64,000 bases of DNA from Verrucomicrobiota bacterium. Its GTDB lineage: Bacteria; Verrucomicrobiota; Verrucomicrobiia; Limisphaerales; AAA164-E04. The notes beneath the pieces are model-generated. The model saw only the letters and a list, made by a program, of their open reading frames with translations. It had not been told where the DNA came from and did not search any database. The translations under genes and the position numbers were made by a program. The stretch is from assembly GCA_047947115.1 (NCBI GenBank), contig CP170459.1, forward strand, positions 1,280,001-1,344,000, given 5' to 3'. The number at the start of each line of letters is the position of its first letter. Position 1 is the stretch's first letter. Shown piece after piece: positions 30,694 to 40,559 of the stretch.

Positions 30694-31464
30694 TCAGGAA
30701 AACCGAAGTGCCTGCTCCATTTCACGGATGCCTCGGGTCATGGTCAGTTCTTTGCCGTCTTTCAGTATGACGGCATACTCACCTTTGAACATAACGGATA
30801 ATTCCCTGACGAATTCCAGATTCACGATGGCTCCCCGGCTGATGCGAATGAAATGGGAGGGATCCAGGTTTTGTTCGAGTGAGCTGAGGGATTCCCGCAG
30901 GATGTGGTTTTCATTGCCAACCTTGGCGACGACATAGTTACCGGCGGATTCAATGCACTCGATGTCGGCGGTTTTCACCAAGGTGATTTTTTCTTCCGAT
31001 TTGACGGTGAGGCGTTGCAGGTATTTGTCGGTTTGTTTGGGTTCGCTCGTCTGTGTTGCCGCAAGGAGGGCCTGCAGTTTGTTGGAAACATCCTTCGACG
31101 TCCGATTGTTTTGGTGCTCCCGTGCATGCTGAAGAGCTTCTTTGAACCGCGCCGGTTTGAAGGGTTTGAGCAGGTAATCAATGGCATGTATCTCGAAGGC
31201 CTGCAAAGCGTATTGATCGTAGGCGGTGGTGAAGATGATGATGGGCAGGTCTTCTTTGGATAGTTGGGACAGCATTTGAAATCCATCCATTTCCGGCATC
31301 TGTACATCCAGAAAGATCAGATCGGGTTTGTGTTCCTTTATTGGAGGCAACGCCTCTTTTCCGTTTTGAAATTCTCCTATCAACTGGACGTCCTTCTCCT
31401 CTTCCAGAAGCATTCGGATGCGTTGGCGTGCCAGGGGTTCGTCGTCAATGATGAGGGCTTTCAT
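30694..31464 (-). CDS. LytTR family response regulator
   Basis: Receiver motifs (DDEPLA, FLDVQMP, TAYDQYA, DYLLKP) plus LytTR domain (FIRISRGAIVN). Confidence 0.95.
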   Translation of the reverse strand: MKALIIDDEPLARQRIRMLLEEEKDVQLIGEFQNGKEALPPIKEHKPDLIFLDVQMPEMDGFQMLSQLSKEDLPIIIFTTAYDQYALQAFEIHAIDYLLKPFKPARFKEALQHAREHQNNRTSKDVSNKLQALLAATQTSEPKQTDKYLQRLTVKSEEKITLVKTADIECIESAGNYVVAKVGNENHILRESLSSLEQNLDPSHFIRISRGAIVNLEFVRELSVMFKGEYAVILKDGKELTMTRGIREMEQALRFS

Positions 31465-32654
31465 GTGCTTGTGTTCTTGTCTGCATTGAGTGGTTCCACC
31501 GGGAGTTCAATCGTCACCAGGCAACCGCCTTCTTGCGGGTTGAAAAGGGTCAGGGTTGCTCTTTCACCATAGAGCCGATCCAGACGCTGACGGGTGTTCG
31601 TCAACCCGATGCCGGTTCGACCTGATTCAGAGGGTTTGTTGTCCAAACCTGGGCCGGTGTCCCGAATGGAAATGTGCAATTTATCCGGATGCTGTAGAAT
31701 GGTCAGGGTGATGGTACCCTTCGATGAAGTGCGTTCGATACCGTGGCGGATAGCGTTTTCAACGAGTGGTTGCAGGATGAAGGTCGGCACGGGCGTTTCA
31801 TGTGATTTATTGTCGACTTCTAGCTGAACGGTGAGGCGGTCTCCGAAGCGCTTCTTTTCTATCTCCAGATAGCAGTCCAACAATTGAAGTTCGCGACTCA
31901 AGAGGATCGTGGGCGTGGATTTGCTGTCCAGCGAGGCCCGCAACAGACCGCTCAGGTCCGTCAGCATTTCGTCTGCGGCATTCGGATCGGTGTGGACGAG
32001 CGTGGTAACGGCATTGAGGCTGTTAAAAAGGAAATGCGGGTTGAGCTGGGATTGCAGGGCCATGAGTTGTGCCTGATTGGCGCTTGCCTCCGCGGCGATC
32101 GCCTGTCGCTCCCGTTCCTGTGCGCGACGTATCCAGGTATAGGCTTGGCCGGAACTGATCAAGGTCCAGTAGATCAGCATATCAAAGGTGGAACGCGCTG
32201 CGCTGAGATTCAAAGGAAGACCAAATGGCCTGGTTCCATGGTTGCCTGTGTTTTCACGGTCTGGAATAGGGGCGGTGTTTCCTGATTGCATGCGCATTTG
32301 AACCCAGGGAGGTGGGCCTCCCGGCCGGATAAAGCCTTGTTGATGTCCCATGAACTTGCGGCTGATGGTTTGGCTTGTGAAGAGGATCGCCAGGCAACCT
32401 GCGATATGAATAACCGCGTGACGGATGTTTCGCCTCTGACCATAGGGAAACCTTAACGCCAGACCGATCGTTACCGGAGCCAGCAACAGCCAAATGATCC
32501 AAAGAGGTCCGGACAAACGCAGCGCCTGAGACATAGTGAACCCACTCACGACCTTGAGTTGCAAGGCGAACAAAACCACTACGGCAACCCAACACACCAT
32601 GAGTAGTGCGATGGATTTCAAGATCTCTTGGGAATTGAAACCGCGGGCTTTCAT
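31461..32654 (-). CDS. LytS/YehU-type sensor histidine kinase
   Basis: QLNPHFLFNSLN, LQPLVENAIRHG, DTGPG and GIGLTN; N-terminal TM helices. Confidence 0.93.
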   Translation of the reverse strand: MKARGFNSQEILKSIALLMVCWVAVVVLFALQLKVVSGFTMSQALRLSGPLWIIWLLLAPVTIGLALRFPYGQRRNIRHAVIHIAGCLAILFTSQTISRKFMGHQQGFIRPGGPPPWVQMRMQSGNTAPIPDRENTGNHGTRPFGLPLNLSAARSTFDMLIYWTLISSGQAYTWIRRAQERERQAIAAEASANQAQLMALQSQLNPHFLFNSLNAVTTLVHTDPNAADEMLTDLSGLLRASLDSKSTPTILLSRELQLLDCYLEIEKKRFGDRLTVQLEVDNKSHETPVPTFILQPLVENAIRHGIERTSSKGTITLTILQHPDKLHISIRDTGPGLDNKPSESGRTGIGLTNTRQRLDRLYGERATLTLFNPQEGGCLVTIELPVEPLNADKNTST

Positions 32655-32799
32655 CTGAGTTTTGACAACGGTTTGTTGAATCTCTGGAATATCACATCCA
32701 TTTACCACAGGCAAACCCGCCGGCAATCAAAGTCTTGCCGGCAGGTCGAATGGGATTTTTTACATTAATGCTGATCCTCGGATCAGTCCCTGCCAGCCA

Positions 32800-33810
32800 T
32801 TACCGTTGCGGACGACTTGGGCGGGAACCTTCGAAGGGCCTTCTGCCACCACGGTTGGACTGGGTGGAGGCATCGGGGCGACCTGCACCTTCTGGACGAC
32901 CACCGCGGAATCCTGATTGAGGTCTTCCAGGGCGTTGGGATCGATCACTCATGGCTGAAAATTCATCTTCTTCCAACAGACCGTTTTCATTGATGTCGAG
33001 ACGTTGCAAACGGGTATACATACCAGCGAGACGTTTCACGACATTTTCGGGGGATGGATTGACACCCTCAGGTGCTGTTGGCAGGCCTTCCGGTTTGGAG
33101 ATGGTTCCGTCTTTGATGGCTTCCACCAGGGTGGCTTGCTCGTCAGCGCTCAATGTGCCGTTCTGGTCCGCATCCGCTGCGGAAAGAATGGCAAATGCTG
33201 CCGGAAGGTTTTCAGCAAAGGCTGGAACTTCGTCAGGTCGTTGCCAGCGCCCGGCTCCCTGGGGTGGGCCAAAGGGACGACCGCCCTGGGCACCGCCACG
33301 TTTACCGGGACCGCCGAAGGGCATGTCAATTTCACCGGACATCGCTGCTGCGCGAAATGCTCCAAGTTCGTCTCTGGTAAGTTCGCCGTCGTTGTTGGCA
33401 TCAAAGGGGGCGATAGTTCCGTATAAACCTGCCATACGTTGGGTGATGGCTTCGGCGGGTACTTCGACTCCTTTGGGTGGCGTGGGCAACCATTCGGGTT
33501 TGGTCAGCGTGCCGTCCAGCATGGCGCCGAGGAGGACGGCCTGTTCATCGGCATCCAATTGATTGTCTCCATTGACGTCTGCTGCTTCCAATACACCATA
33601 GATTTCAGGTAGGGCTTGAACAAACGCCGGAGGACCGCCTGCAGGGCGTCCGGAGGCCTGTCGGTCGGTGACAAATGAGGGTGGTCCGCCAGCTGGGCGA
33701 CCTTGTTGTGCAATGGTGCTGGTGAGCGTCCAGGCTCCGGCGCCCGTGAGCAGGGCTATCAATGTGTATGATGTTTTTTTCATGGCTTTGCTTTGTTTGA
33801 ATGTTTTCAT
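32800..33810 (-). CDS. Exported EF-hand protein with two-fold internal repeat
   Basis: Signal peptide; DVNGDNQLDADE, DANNDGELTRDE, DADQNGTLSADE, DINENGLLEEDE; Gly/Pro/Arg-rich linkers. Confidence 0.75.
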   Translation of the reverse strand: MKTFKQSKAMKKTSYTLIALLTGAGAWTLTSTIAQQGRPAGGPPSFVTDRQASGRPAGGPPAFVQALPEIYGVLEAADVNGDNQLDADEQAVLLGAMLDGTLTKPEWLPTPPKGVEVPAEAITQRMAGLYGTIAPFDANNDGELTRDELGAFRAAAMSGEIDMPFGGPGKRGGAQGGRPFGPPQGAGRWQRPDEVPAFAENLPAAFAILSAADADQNGTLSADEQATLVEAIKDGTISKPEGLPTAPEGVNPSPENVVKRLAGMYTRLQRLDINENGLLEEDEFSAMSDRSQRPGRPQSGFRGGRPEGAGRPDASTQSNRGGRRPFEGSRPSRPQR

Positions 33811-33887
33811 CTCAATCTCAGGACGAGCTTTGTTTCATCCTTTCGTTGGAACCAAAATCTCACTTTCTGCCTTAAAATCCACACACT

Positions 33888-33939
33888 TGGGACAAAAGCG
33901 GGAAAAAGCGAGATGAACCCCCTTTTTCTGTCGATGGAT
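33888..33939 (-). promoter_or_regulatory. Candidate LytTR binding site (three direct repeats, 21-bp period)
   Basis: Minus strand TCCATC, TTCATC, TTTGTC; plus-strand starts at 33933, 33912 and 33891. Confidence 0.5.
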
Positions 33940-33980
33940 CATTTTGAATTTGGTGATTCGTTCCTGTGATGACATTTTTT

Positions 33981-34188
33981 CCGCCTTTTTGCGAAGGCGG
34001 CTACGTCAGGTAGAACGTGACGTCCCGTCGTATCCCTTTTGGCGTTCGATTTTCTCTTGCGGTCCGTTCTGGGAAGTCCTCGGGTGTTCGGTGGCCTCTG
34101 GTTTGATCGAACATGCTCAAGGCGTTTTGAGGTTTAGAAATCGTGTTGGTTCGGTCCGCGCCGGCCACCTTTTTGCAAAGGCGGCTAC
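33981..34188. repeat. REP-like cluster (two family B copies, one family A copy)
   Basis: - gtagccgccttcgcaaaaaggcgg (33981-34004); - gtagccgcctttgcaaaaaggtggc (34164-34188); + aggtagaacgtgacgtccc (34008). Confidence 0.65.
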
Positions 34189-34200
34189 TTGGGTATCTCT

Positions 34201-35193
34201 TTATGGTTGGGGTGGTTTTGATGCGGATGGGTATCCTTTGGGGTGGGAGACATGCCATTCCCATGCGGATCTGATAATATCCTCCAGTTCAACGATCTGA
34301 GCTTTCCATCCGAATGCGTCGTGGGCTTTGCCCGGGTCGGCGACGAGTTCGGGCGGATCTCCTTCCCGACGGGGTTTTTCCACGCAGGTGATGGACTTGC
34401 CGGTGACTTTTTCGCAGGTCTGGATGACTTCGCGAACCGAATGACCACGGCCTATTCCCAGGTTGTAGCAACCGGTTGCCTCGGATTCGATGGCTTTGAT
34501 ATGAGCGCTGGCCAGGTCGATGATGTGGATGTAGTCGCGAATGCAGGTTCCGTCCGGAGTGGGGTAATCGGTGCCAAAGATGTCACAGCTCTCCTTTTGT
34601 CCGAGGGCGACCTTGAGCACATTAGGGATGATGTGACTCATTTCACGCTGGCTTTGGCCCCTGTTTTTGGCGGCCCCGGCGGCGTTGAAATATCGGAATG
34701 CGACATACTGTAACCCGTGGATTTCCTGGTACCACTTCAGGATTTTTTCAAAGATCAGTTTGGATTCGCCGTAGGGGTTGATGGGATTTTGGGGATGTTT
34801 TTCGTCCAGGGGCACGTAGGTGGGGATGCCATAGGTGGCGCAGGTGGAGCTGAAAACAATTTTCTTTACCTTGGAATCCACGCAGGCATCGACGAGGTTC
34901 AGACCGTAATTGACGTTGTTGGCGAAGTATTTTCCAGGTTTTTCCATGGATTCTCCGACCTTTGCCAGTGCGGCAAAATGAATGACGGCTTCCGGTTGGA
35001 TGGATCGGACGGTTTCAAGCAACCAGTCACGGTTGCTCAAACATCCGACGTGTAGTTTTGCCTCCGGCACGACTGCTTCACGGAATCCTTCGATCAGGCT
35101 ATCGATGATCTCGACCTGATGCCCAGCCTTGATTAATTCCTCAACGCACACTGATCCGATGTATCCCGCGCCACCTGTGACTAATATTTTCAT
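34201..35193 (-). CDS. galE: UDP-glucose 4-epimerase
   Basis: TGGAGYIGS, FSSTCATYG, YGESK, RYFNAAGA, DGTCIRDYIH. Confidence 0.95.
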   Translation of the reverse strand: MKILVTGGAGYIGSVCVEELIKAGHQVEIIDSLIEGFREAVVPEAKLHVGCLSNRDWLLETVRSIQPEAVIHFAALAKVGESMEKPGKYFANNVNYGLNLVDACVDSKVKKIVFSSTCATYGIPTYVPLDEKHPQNPINPYGESKLIFEKILKWYQEIHGLQYVAFRYFNAAGAAKNRGQSQREMSHIIPNVLKVALGQKESCDIFGTDYPTPDGTCIRDYIHIIDLASAHIKAIESEATGCYNLGIGRGHSVREVIQTCEKVTGKSITCVEKPRREGDPPELVADPGKAHDAFGWKAQIVELEDIIRSAWEWHVSHPKGYPSASKPPQP

Positions 35194-35294
35194 AGCTCTT
35201 TCCAAACCAAAAACAAAGCATAGATGCCCTTTTCAAATCGAGCAAAAAAAACTTGCGGAGAAGATAAGGAGTCGAAGTTCAATTTTTGGATATC

Positions 35295-35416
35295 GGAGGG
35301 GAGAGATCCATCTCTGACCCAAACTTCTCCCTCGCAAATGTTCCTGAGCAAAAGAGAGGGAACGTGGGGAGACTGTGGATTTTCTAATGACTGTGGTGCT
35401 TCCATCGCAGCATGAC
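35295..35416 (-). repeat. ~125-bp dispersed repeat, copy 1
   Basis: Reverse complement aligns end to end with 57933-58058. Confidence 0.85.
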
Positions 35417-35561
35417 CATTGATTTCCAAAGCTCCGAGGTTTGAAGTGGGAGTAAGGTGGAGCTTACCCCTCCCGTAAAGAATTTCTATTTTGTGGGCGA
35501 AATGTGGTGTGTGATATCTTCGGCATCGACTTTTGCGGGCAGGAATGGCACGGTTTTGTCC

Positions 35562-36395
35562 ATGAAATCCCTTGAAAAGCAGATCCACCGCAGGAGAGGA
35601 TTCACTTTGATTGAGTTGTTGGTGGTCATTGCCATCATTGCCATTTTGGCCGGTATGTTATTGCCGGCCCTCAGCAAGGCTAAGACCAAAGCACAGGGGA
35701 TTTCCTGCATGAACAATCTCAAGCAGTTGCAGTTGGCTTGGTTGATGTATCCGGACGATCATGATGGCTGGCTCCCTCCCAACCCGGAAGGTCGGGCTCA
35801 AAATGTGGTCGGACACGGTTGGGTGAGTGGTTTGCTGGATTTCAACGGGGGCAACACCGACAACACCAACACGCTTTTCCTGACCGATCCTCAATATGCG
35901 AAATTGGCTCCGTATCATAATTCGGCGGCGGTTTACAAATGTCCGGCGGATAAAAGTTCGGTGCGGATAGGTGGCAAAGTTCATCCTCGTGTCCGAAGTC
36001 TGGCCATGAACCAGGGGGTGGGTTGGAATGCGACGGCTAGCTGGATCAAGCGAGGTGGGCCTGATTGGCGGATCATGCACAAGCTTTCGGAGGTGCGCCG
36101 AACGACCATGATATCTGTATTGCTGGATGAGCATCCGGACAGCATTAACGGCGCCGGGTTTGCGGTGCAGCCCACGGACGATATTTCACAGACCCGTATC
36201 ATCGATTTTCCCGCCAGCTATCATAACGGAGCGGCTGGATTCTCGTTTGTGGACGGTCATGCGGAAATTAAAAAGTGGGTTGATGCGCGCACGACCCCAC
36301 CGATCGAATACACCGGGCAGATGAGTCTGAATGTGGCGAGTCCGAATAATCGGGATGCTTGGTGGATGATTGAGAGGACGACAGACAAGGATTGA
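35562..36395 (+). CDS. Prepilin-type N-terminal cleavage/methylation protein (PVC H-X9-DG family)
   Basis: [33 protein letters not shown] and [13 protein letters not shown]. Confidence 0.92.
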   Translation: MKSLEKQIHRRRGFTLIELLVVIAIIAILAGMLLPALSKAKTKAQGISCMNNLKQLQLAWLMYPDDHDGWLPPNPEGRAQNVVGHGWVSGLLDFNGGNTDNTNTLFLTDPQYAKLAPYHNSAAVYKCPADKSSVRIGGKVHPRVRSLAMNQGVGWNATASWIKRGGPDWRIMHKLSEVRRTTMISVLLDEHPDSINGAGFAVQPTDDISQTRIIDFPASYHNGAAGFSFVDGHAEIKKWVDARTTPPIEYTGQMSLNVASPNNRDAWWMIERTTDKD

Positions 36396-36428
36396 GATCA
36401 GGAGTTTGCCGTGTGGTCTGTTTGAAAT

Positions 36429-36480
36429 GGGTAGCCACAAGGTTGCGCGTCGGGGATCCCTATTCATCGGGACTCTACCT
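36429..36480 (-). repeat. REP-like family A copy carrying a palindrome insert
   Basis: RC aggtagag[tcccgatgaataggga]tccccgacgcgcaaccttgtggctaccc; tail matches the 59477 copy. Confidence 0.7.
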
Positions 36481-36635
36481 GGGGGAGTGTAGGATGAGGG
36501 TAGATTGGACCTATTTTGTCTAGGATTTCGCTGTTGACACTTTTCGGTGTTTTTCGCATCTTGTCTGGCCCTATTCGGTGAGCCGTGTGACGGCGCGAAC
36601 GCCGGAAGGATGTTATAGAGAGGATGTGAGACAAG

Positions 36636-36833
36636 TTGAGCGAAGTAAGAATTAAAAAAGGTGAATCCGTTGAAAAGGCACTCCGCCGGTTAAAGAAGAA
36701 ACTCGACCGCGAAGGTACGCTGAAGCAAGTGCGCAACAACAGGCATTTCGAAAAGCCTTGTGAACGTCGTCGTCGAAAGATGAAAGTGTCCAAGTTTTCG
36801 GCCATGTTGGCAGCCCGTTACGCGGAATATTGA
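36636..36833 (+). CDS. rpsU: 30S ribosomal protein S21
   Basis: GESVEKALRRLKKK...RHFEKPCERRRRK; TTG start; TTGACA at 36534. Confidence 0.93.
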   Translation: MSEVRIKKGESVEKALRRLKKKLDREGTLKQVRNNRHFEKPCERRRRKMKVSKFSAMLAARYAEY

Positions 36834-36861
36834 TCCTCTCGATCGAATCAATTTTTTACAC

Positions 36862-36891
36862 AACCGAGGTCTGTAGGGGCCTCGGTTTTTT
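36862..36891 (+). terminator. Intrinsic terminator after rpsU
   Basis: AACCGAGGTC...GGCCTCGGTT followed by a T-tract. Confidence 0.7.
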
Positions 36892-36916
36892 CATTTTAAT
36901 TTCATCCTCCCTATTC

Positions 36917-39460
36917 ATGAGTCAAACATCACGCCTCCCCATTTACGAAATTGAATCCGATCTGCTGCGCCATCTGGAAAAGGATTCCAGGTTGATCATC
37001 ACCGCGCCGACCGGGTCCGGTAAATCCACGCAAGTGCCCCAGATGCTGCTGGACAACGACATCTTGGGCGAGGGGCAGGTGGTGATCCTGCAGCCACGGC
37101 GTTTGGCCGCCCGGATGTTGGCGAACAGGGTGGCTTACGAGCGTAAATGCCGTTTGGGGGACGAAGTGGGGTATCAAATCCGATTCGAAAATGTCACCAG
37201 CGACAAGACGCGCATCCGGTTTGTGACCGAAGGCATCTTGCTGCGTCAGATAATTCAGGATCCGGAACTCAAGGGGATTCAGACCATCATTTTTGACGAA
37301 TTTCATGAGCGGCATTTGTATGGGGACATTACTTTGGCGCGCGCGCTGGATCTGCAGCAAACGGGCCGTCCGGATCTGAAGATCCTGGTGATGTCGGCGA
37401 CGCTGGATTCCAGCACTCTTTCGCAATATTTGGCTCCCTGCCAGTTGTTACATTCGGAGGGACGGACCTTTGCGGTGGACATCACCTATCTGCCGCCTGC
37501 AGATGCGCATGATTCGATTCCGGTGTGGGATCAGGCGGCGGATGCTTTTTCCCGGTTTGTTTTAACCGGTGGACAGGGAGATGTGCTGGTGTTCATGCCC
37601 GGGGGGTATGAGATTCAGAAAACCATCGAAGCGATTCGTCATGTTTCCGAATCCAAAAACTACATTCTGTTGCCCCTTCATGGTGAATTGACCAGTAAAG
37701 ATCAGGACGCAGCCGTTTCGCAGTATGAGCAGCCCAAGGTGGTGGTGGCTACCAATGTGGCGGAGACCTCGCTGACTATCGATGGCATTCGGCTGGTGAT
37801 CGACAGCGGGCTGGCTCGTATTCCTCGTTATGATCCCTATCGGGGGATCAATACCCTTTTGGTGGAAAAAATCAGCCAGGCATCTGCGGATCAACGGGCT
37901 GGTCGCGCAGGTAGAACCGGTCCGGGAACCTGTGTGCGGTTATGGACCGAACGTCAGCATGAACATCTCGCTCCGCAGGAACTTCCCGAAGTGCAGCGTC
38001 TTGATTTGGCCGAAGTGATTTTGAGCCTGAAAGCCGCGGGTGTGGAGGATCTGGATCAATTTCGCTGGCTGGAACCACCCGATGCCAAGCGTCTGCATGA
38101 TGCCGTAGAATTGTTGGAAGATTTGGGTGGTCTCGACCACAACAAAAGGATCACCGAACTCGGACGACGCATGCTGGCCTTCCCCCTCCACCCGCGTTAT
38201 GCAAGGATGTTGTTGGCTGCAGAGGAGCTGGGTTGTGTATATCAGGCAGCCTTGATTGCTGCTCTGACTCAGGGACGTGATATCCTGATCCGTAAGGTGG
38301 ATCGTCGTACTCGTGAATTGCGGGAGGAGTTTTTGACCGAGAAATCCGTGTCGGATTGTTTCCTTCTGATGCGCGCCTGGAGTTTTGCTTCCAGAAACAA
38401 TTTTCAATTCCAGGCCTGCAAGAATCTGGGGATTCATGCGCAGTCCGCGCGTCAGGTGAAACCCTTGTTGGAGCATTTTCTACGCATTGCCAAACGGGAG
38501 GGGCTCAATGTGGAACCGAAGCCCGTCGATGACGAAATCATTCAGAAATGCATGTTGCTCGGGTTTTCAGATCGTTTGGCGCGTCGTTTGGACAAGGGCA
38601 CTTTGAGGTGTGAACTCGTGCACGGACGCAAAGGGGTGCTCGCCCGGGAAAGTGTGGTGCACCATGCTGACATGATGGTGGTGGCTGACATCCGTGAAAT
38701 CGGCAATCGGGAAGGTGAGGTGCAGACTATTTTGTCCCTTGCCACGGAAATTGATCCCGCCTGGTTGAAGGAGTTTTTCCCGGATGATTTCGATTCTTCC
38801 ATAGTCGTCGTGTGGGATCCTTCATCCCGACGGGTGTATGCTGCCAGTCAGGAGACTTTCCGCGGGATGGCCCTTTCCGCCAGGCGGGTGGAACCTCCGC
38901 CTGAAGAACCTGCTGCCCGTCTGCTGGCCGAAAAGATCATGGACGAGGAGATAGGCCTGAAGCATTGGGATGCCAAGGTCGATCAATGGATCCTGCGCCT
39001 GAATTCTTTGGCGGAGTGGTGTCCCGAGTTGGAACTCCCGATGATCGACGATGAAGCTAAGCGTCACATCATCGAATCCATCTGTATGGGCGCTTTTGGT
39101 TACAAGGAAATCAAGGAACTTCCGGTGATCCCTGTGTTGAGGCAATGGCTCAGCCACTCTCAGTGCGAACTGTTGGACAAGCAGGCTCCTGAGCGCGTGA
39201 CCTTGTCCAATGGCAAGACACCCAAGGTGGTTTACTCACGCGAATCGGATCCCTACATCTCATTGCGGATTCAGGAGCTGTATGACGTCAACTCGCTCCC
39301 CAAAATCGCGATGCAAAAGGTCTCGTTGGCGGTGCACATCCTGGCGCCCAACATGCGACCGGTGCAGATCACCCGGGACCTGGCCGGATTCTGGAAGGAG
39401 CATTACCCCAACGTCAAAAAGGAACTGCAACGCAAATATCCGAAGCACGCATGGCGGTAG
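36917..39460 (+). CDS. hrpB: ATP-dependent RNA helicase HrpB
   Basis: APTGSGKST, DEFHER, MSAT, QRAGRAGR; HrpB C-terminus (RPVQIT...YPKHAW). Confidence 0.95.
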   Translation: MSQTSRLPIYEIESDLLRHLEKDSRLIITAPTGSGKSTQVPQMLLDNDILGEGQVVILQPRRLAARMLANRVAYERKCRLGDEVGYQIRFENVTSDKTRIRFVTEGILLRQIIQDPELKGIQTIIFDEFHERHLYGDITLARALDLQQTGRPDLKILVMSATLDSSTLSQYLAPCQLLHSEGRTFAVDITYLPPADAHDSIPVWDQAADAFSRFVLTGGQGDVLVFMPGGYEIQKTIEAIRHVSESKNYILLPLHGELTSKDQDAAVSQYEQPKVVVATNVAETSLTIDGIRLVIDSGLARIPRYDPYRGINTLLVEKISQASADQRAGRAGRTGPGTCVRLWTERQHEHLAPQELPEVQRLDLAEVILSLKAAGVEDLDQFRWLEPPDAKRLHDAVELLEDLGGLDHNKRITELGRRMLAFPLHPRYARMLLAAEELGCVYQAALIAALTQGRDILIRKVDRRTRELREEFLTEKSVSDCFLLMRAWSFASRNNFQFQACKNLGIHAQSARQVKPLLEHFLRIAKREGLNVEPKPVDDEIIQKCMLLGFSDRLARRLDKGTLRCELVHGRKGVLARESVVHHADMMVVADIREIGNREGEVQTILSLATEIDPAWLKEFFPDDFDSSIVVVWDPSSRRVYAASQETFRGMALSARRVEPPPEEPAARLLAEKIMDEEIGLKHWDAKVDQWILRLNSLAEWCPELELPMIDDEAKRHIIESICMGAFGYKEIKELPVIPVLRQWLSHSQCELLDKQAPERVTLSNGKTPKVVYSRESDPYISLRIQELYDVNSLPKIAMQKVSLAVHILAPNMRPVQITRDLAGFWKEHYPNVKKELQRKYPKHAWR

Positions 39461-39476
39461 GGCATAGATTTCAGTC

Positions 39477-39749
<273 letters not shown>

Positions 39750-39769
39750 TCATTCGGTATTAGCCACGA

Positions 39770-40399
39770 TCATTCAGGAACTGCGGTGATATCCAGTCTG
39801 ATCACGACTTCGTCCCGGATCAGGTCATTGGCTTTTCCTGGGTATTGAATCCCAAAGTCATAGCGCTTGATAAAGAATTCTGCCGCTACCTTTACCTGAT
39901 CATCGGATACCTGAATATCTGCCGGGAAAGTGATGCTCTTGGTTTCTCCGTGTAGGGTCAGGTTGCCGGTGACATCATAGCCGGTGGTTCCCTTTTTGAT
40001 GTCTGTGGTGACAAAGGTTGAGGTCGGGTAAGTGGGAGCATCGAAAAAATCCGCGCTCTTAAGGTGTCCTGTCAGGCGGTCGCTGTCCGACCAGGTGGAA
40101 TCCATGTCGATTTCCACTTTGGTTCCGTTTGGAACGGGTTCTCCGTTTTCAACATGGATGGCTGCCGTGAAGGTTTCGAATCCGCCATCATGACTTCCGG
40201 TAACCTTTGAACCGGTAAAACCTATCTTGGAATCAGCATTCGAGACATACTTCTTCCCCGCGATGCTCCCTTCTGAAATTTCTTTTGCAGTGGAAACTTC
40301 TGCTTCTGACACGTCGTCGGCAGGGTTGGAGCAGGCTGCCAGGCCGAGTATCAGGATTAAAACTGCGAATGTTTGTCCGTAATCTAGAATTTTTTTCAT
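39770..40399 (-). CDS. YceI family lipoprotein
   Basis: Lipobox LAAC; HLKSADFFD, GNLTLHGETK and RYDFGI. Confidence 0.9.
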   Translation of the reverse strand: MKKILDYGQTFAVLILILGLAACSNPADDVSEAEVSTAKEISEGSIAGKKYVSNADSKIGFTGSKVTGSHDGGFETFTAAIHVENGEPVPNGTKVEIDMDSTWSDSDRLTGHLKSADFFDAPTYPTSTFVTTDIKKGTTGYDVTGNLTLHGETKSITFPADIQVSDDQVKVAAEFFIKRYDFGIQYPGKANDLIRDEVVIRLDITAVPE

Positions 40400-40559
40400 G
40401 GCGTTGATCAATCTTTGTATGTGTTGCAACTATTTTTGCTGTGGTTGAGACAAGATTTGATAGCTATGGTTTCACTTTTTCTTTGATGCACGGATTGCTC
40501 TCCGGGGTGGGGGCGTGTTATGTTGTGTCCGTATCCCCAATCAAAAAAGATCAAACATT

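Noticed and set aside
35521..35560. Sigma54-like sites upstream of the prepilin gene
   Set aside because: GG-to-GC spacing is 11 nt in one, and the -12 GC is absent in the other.
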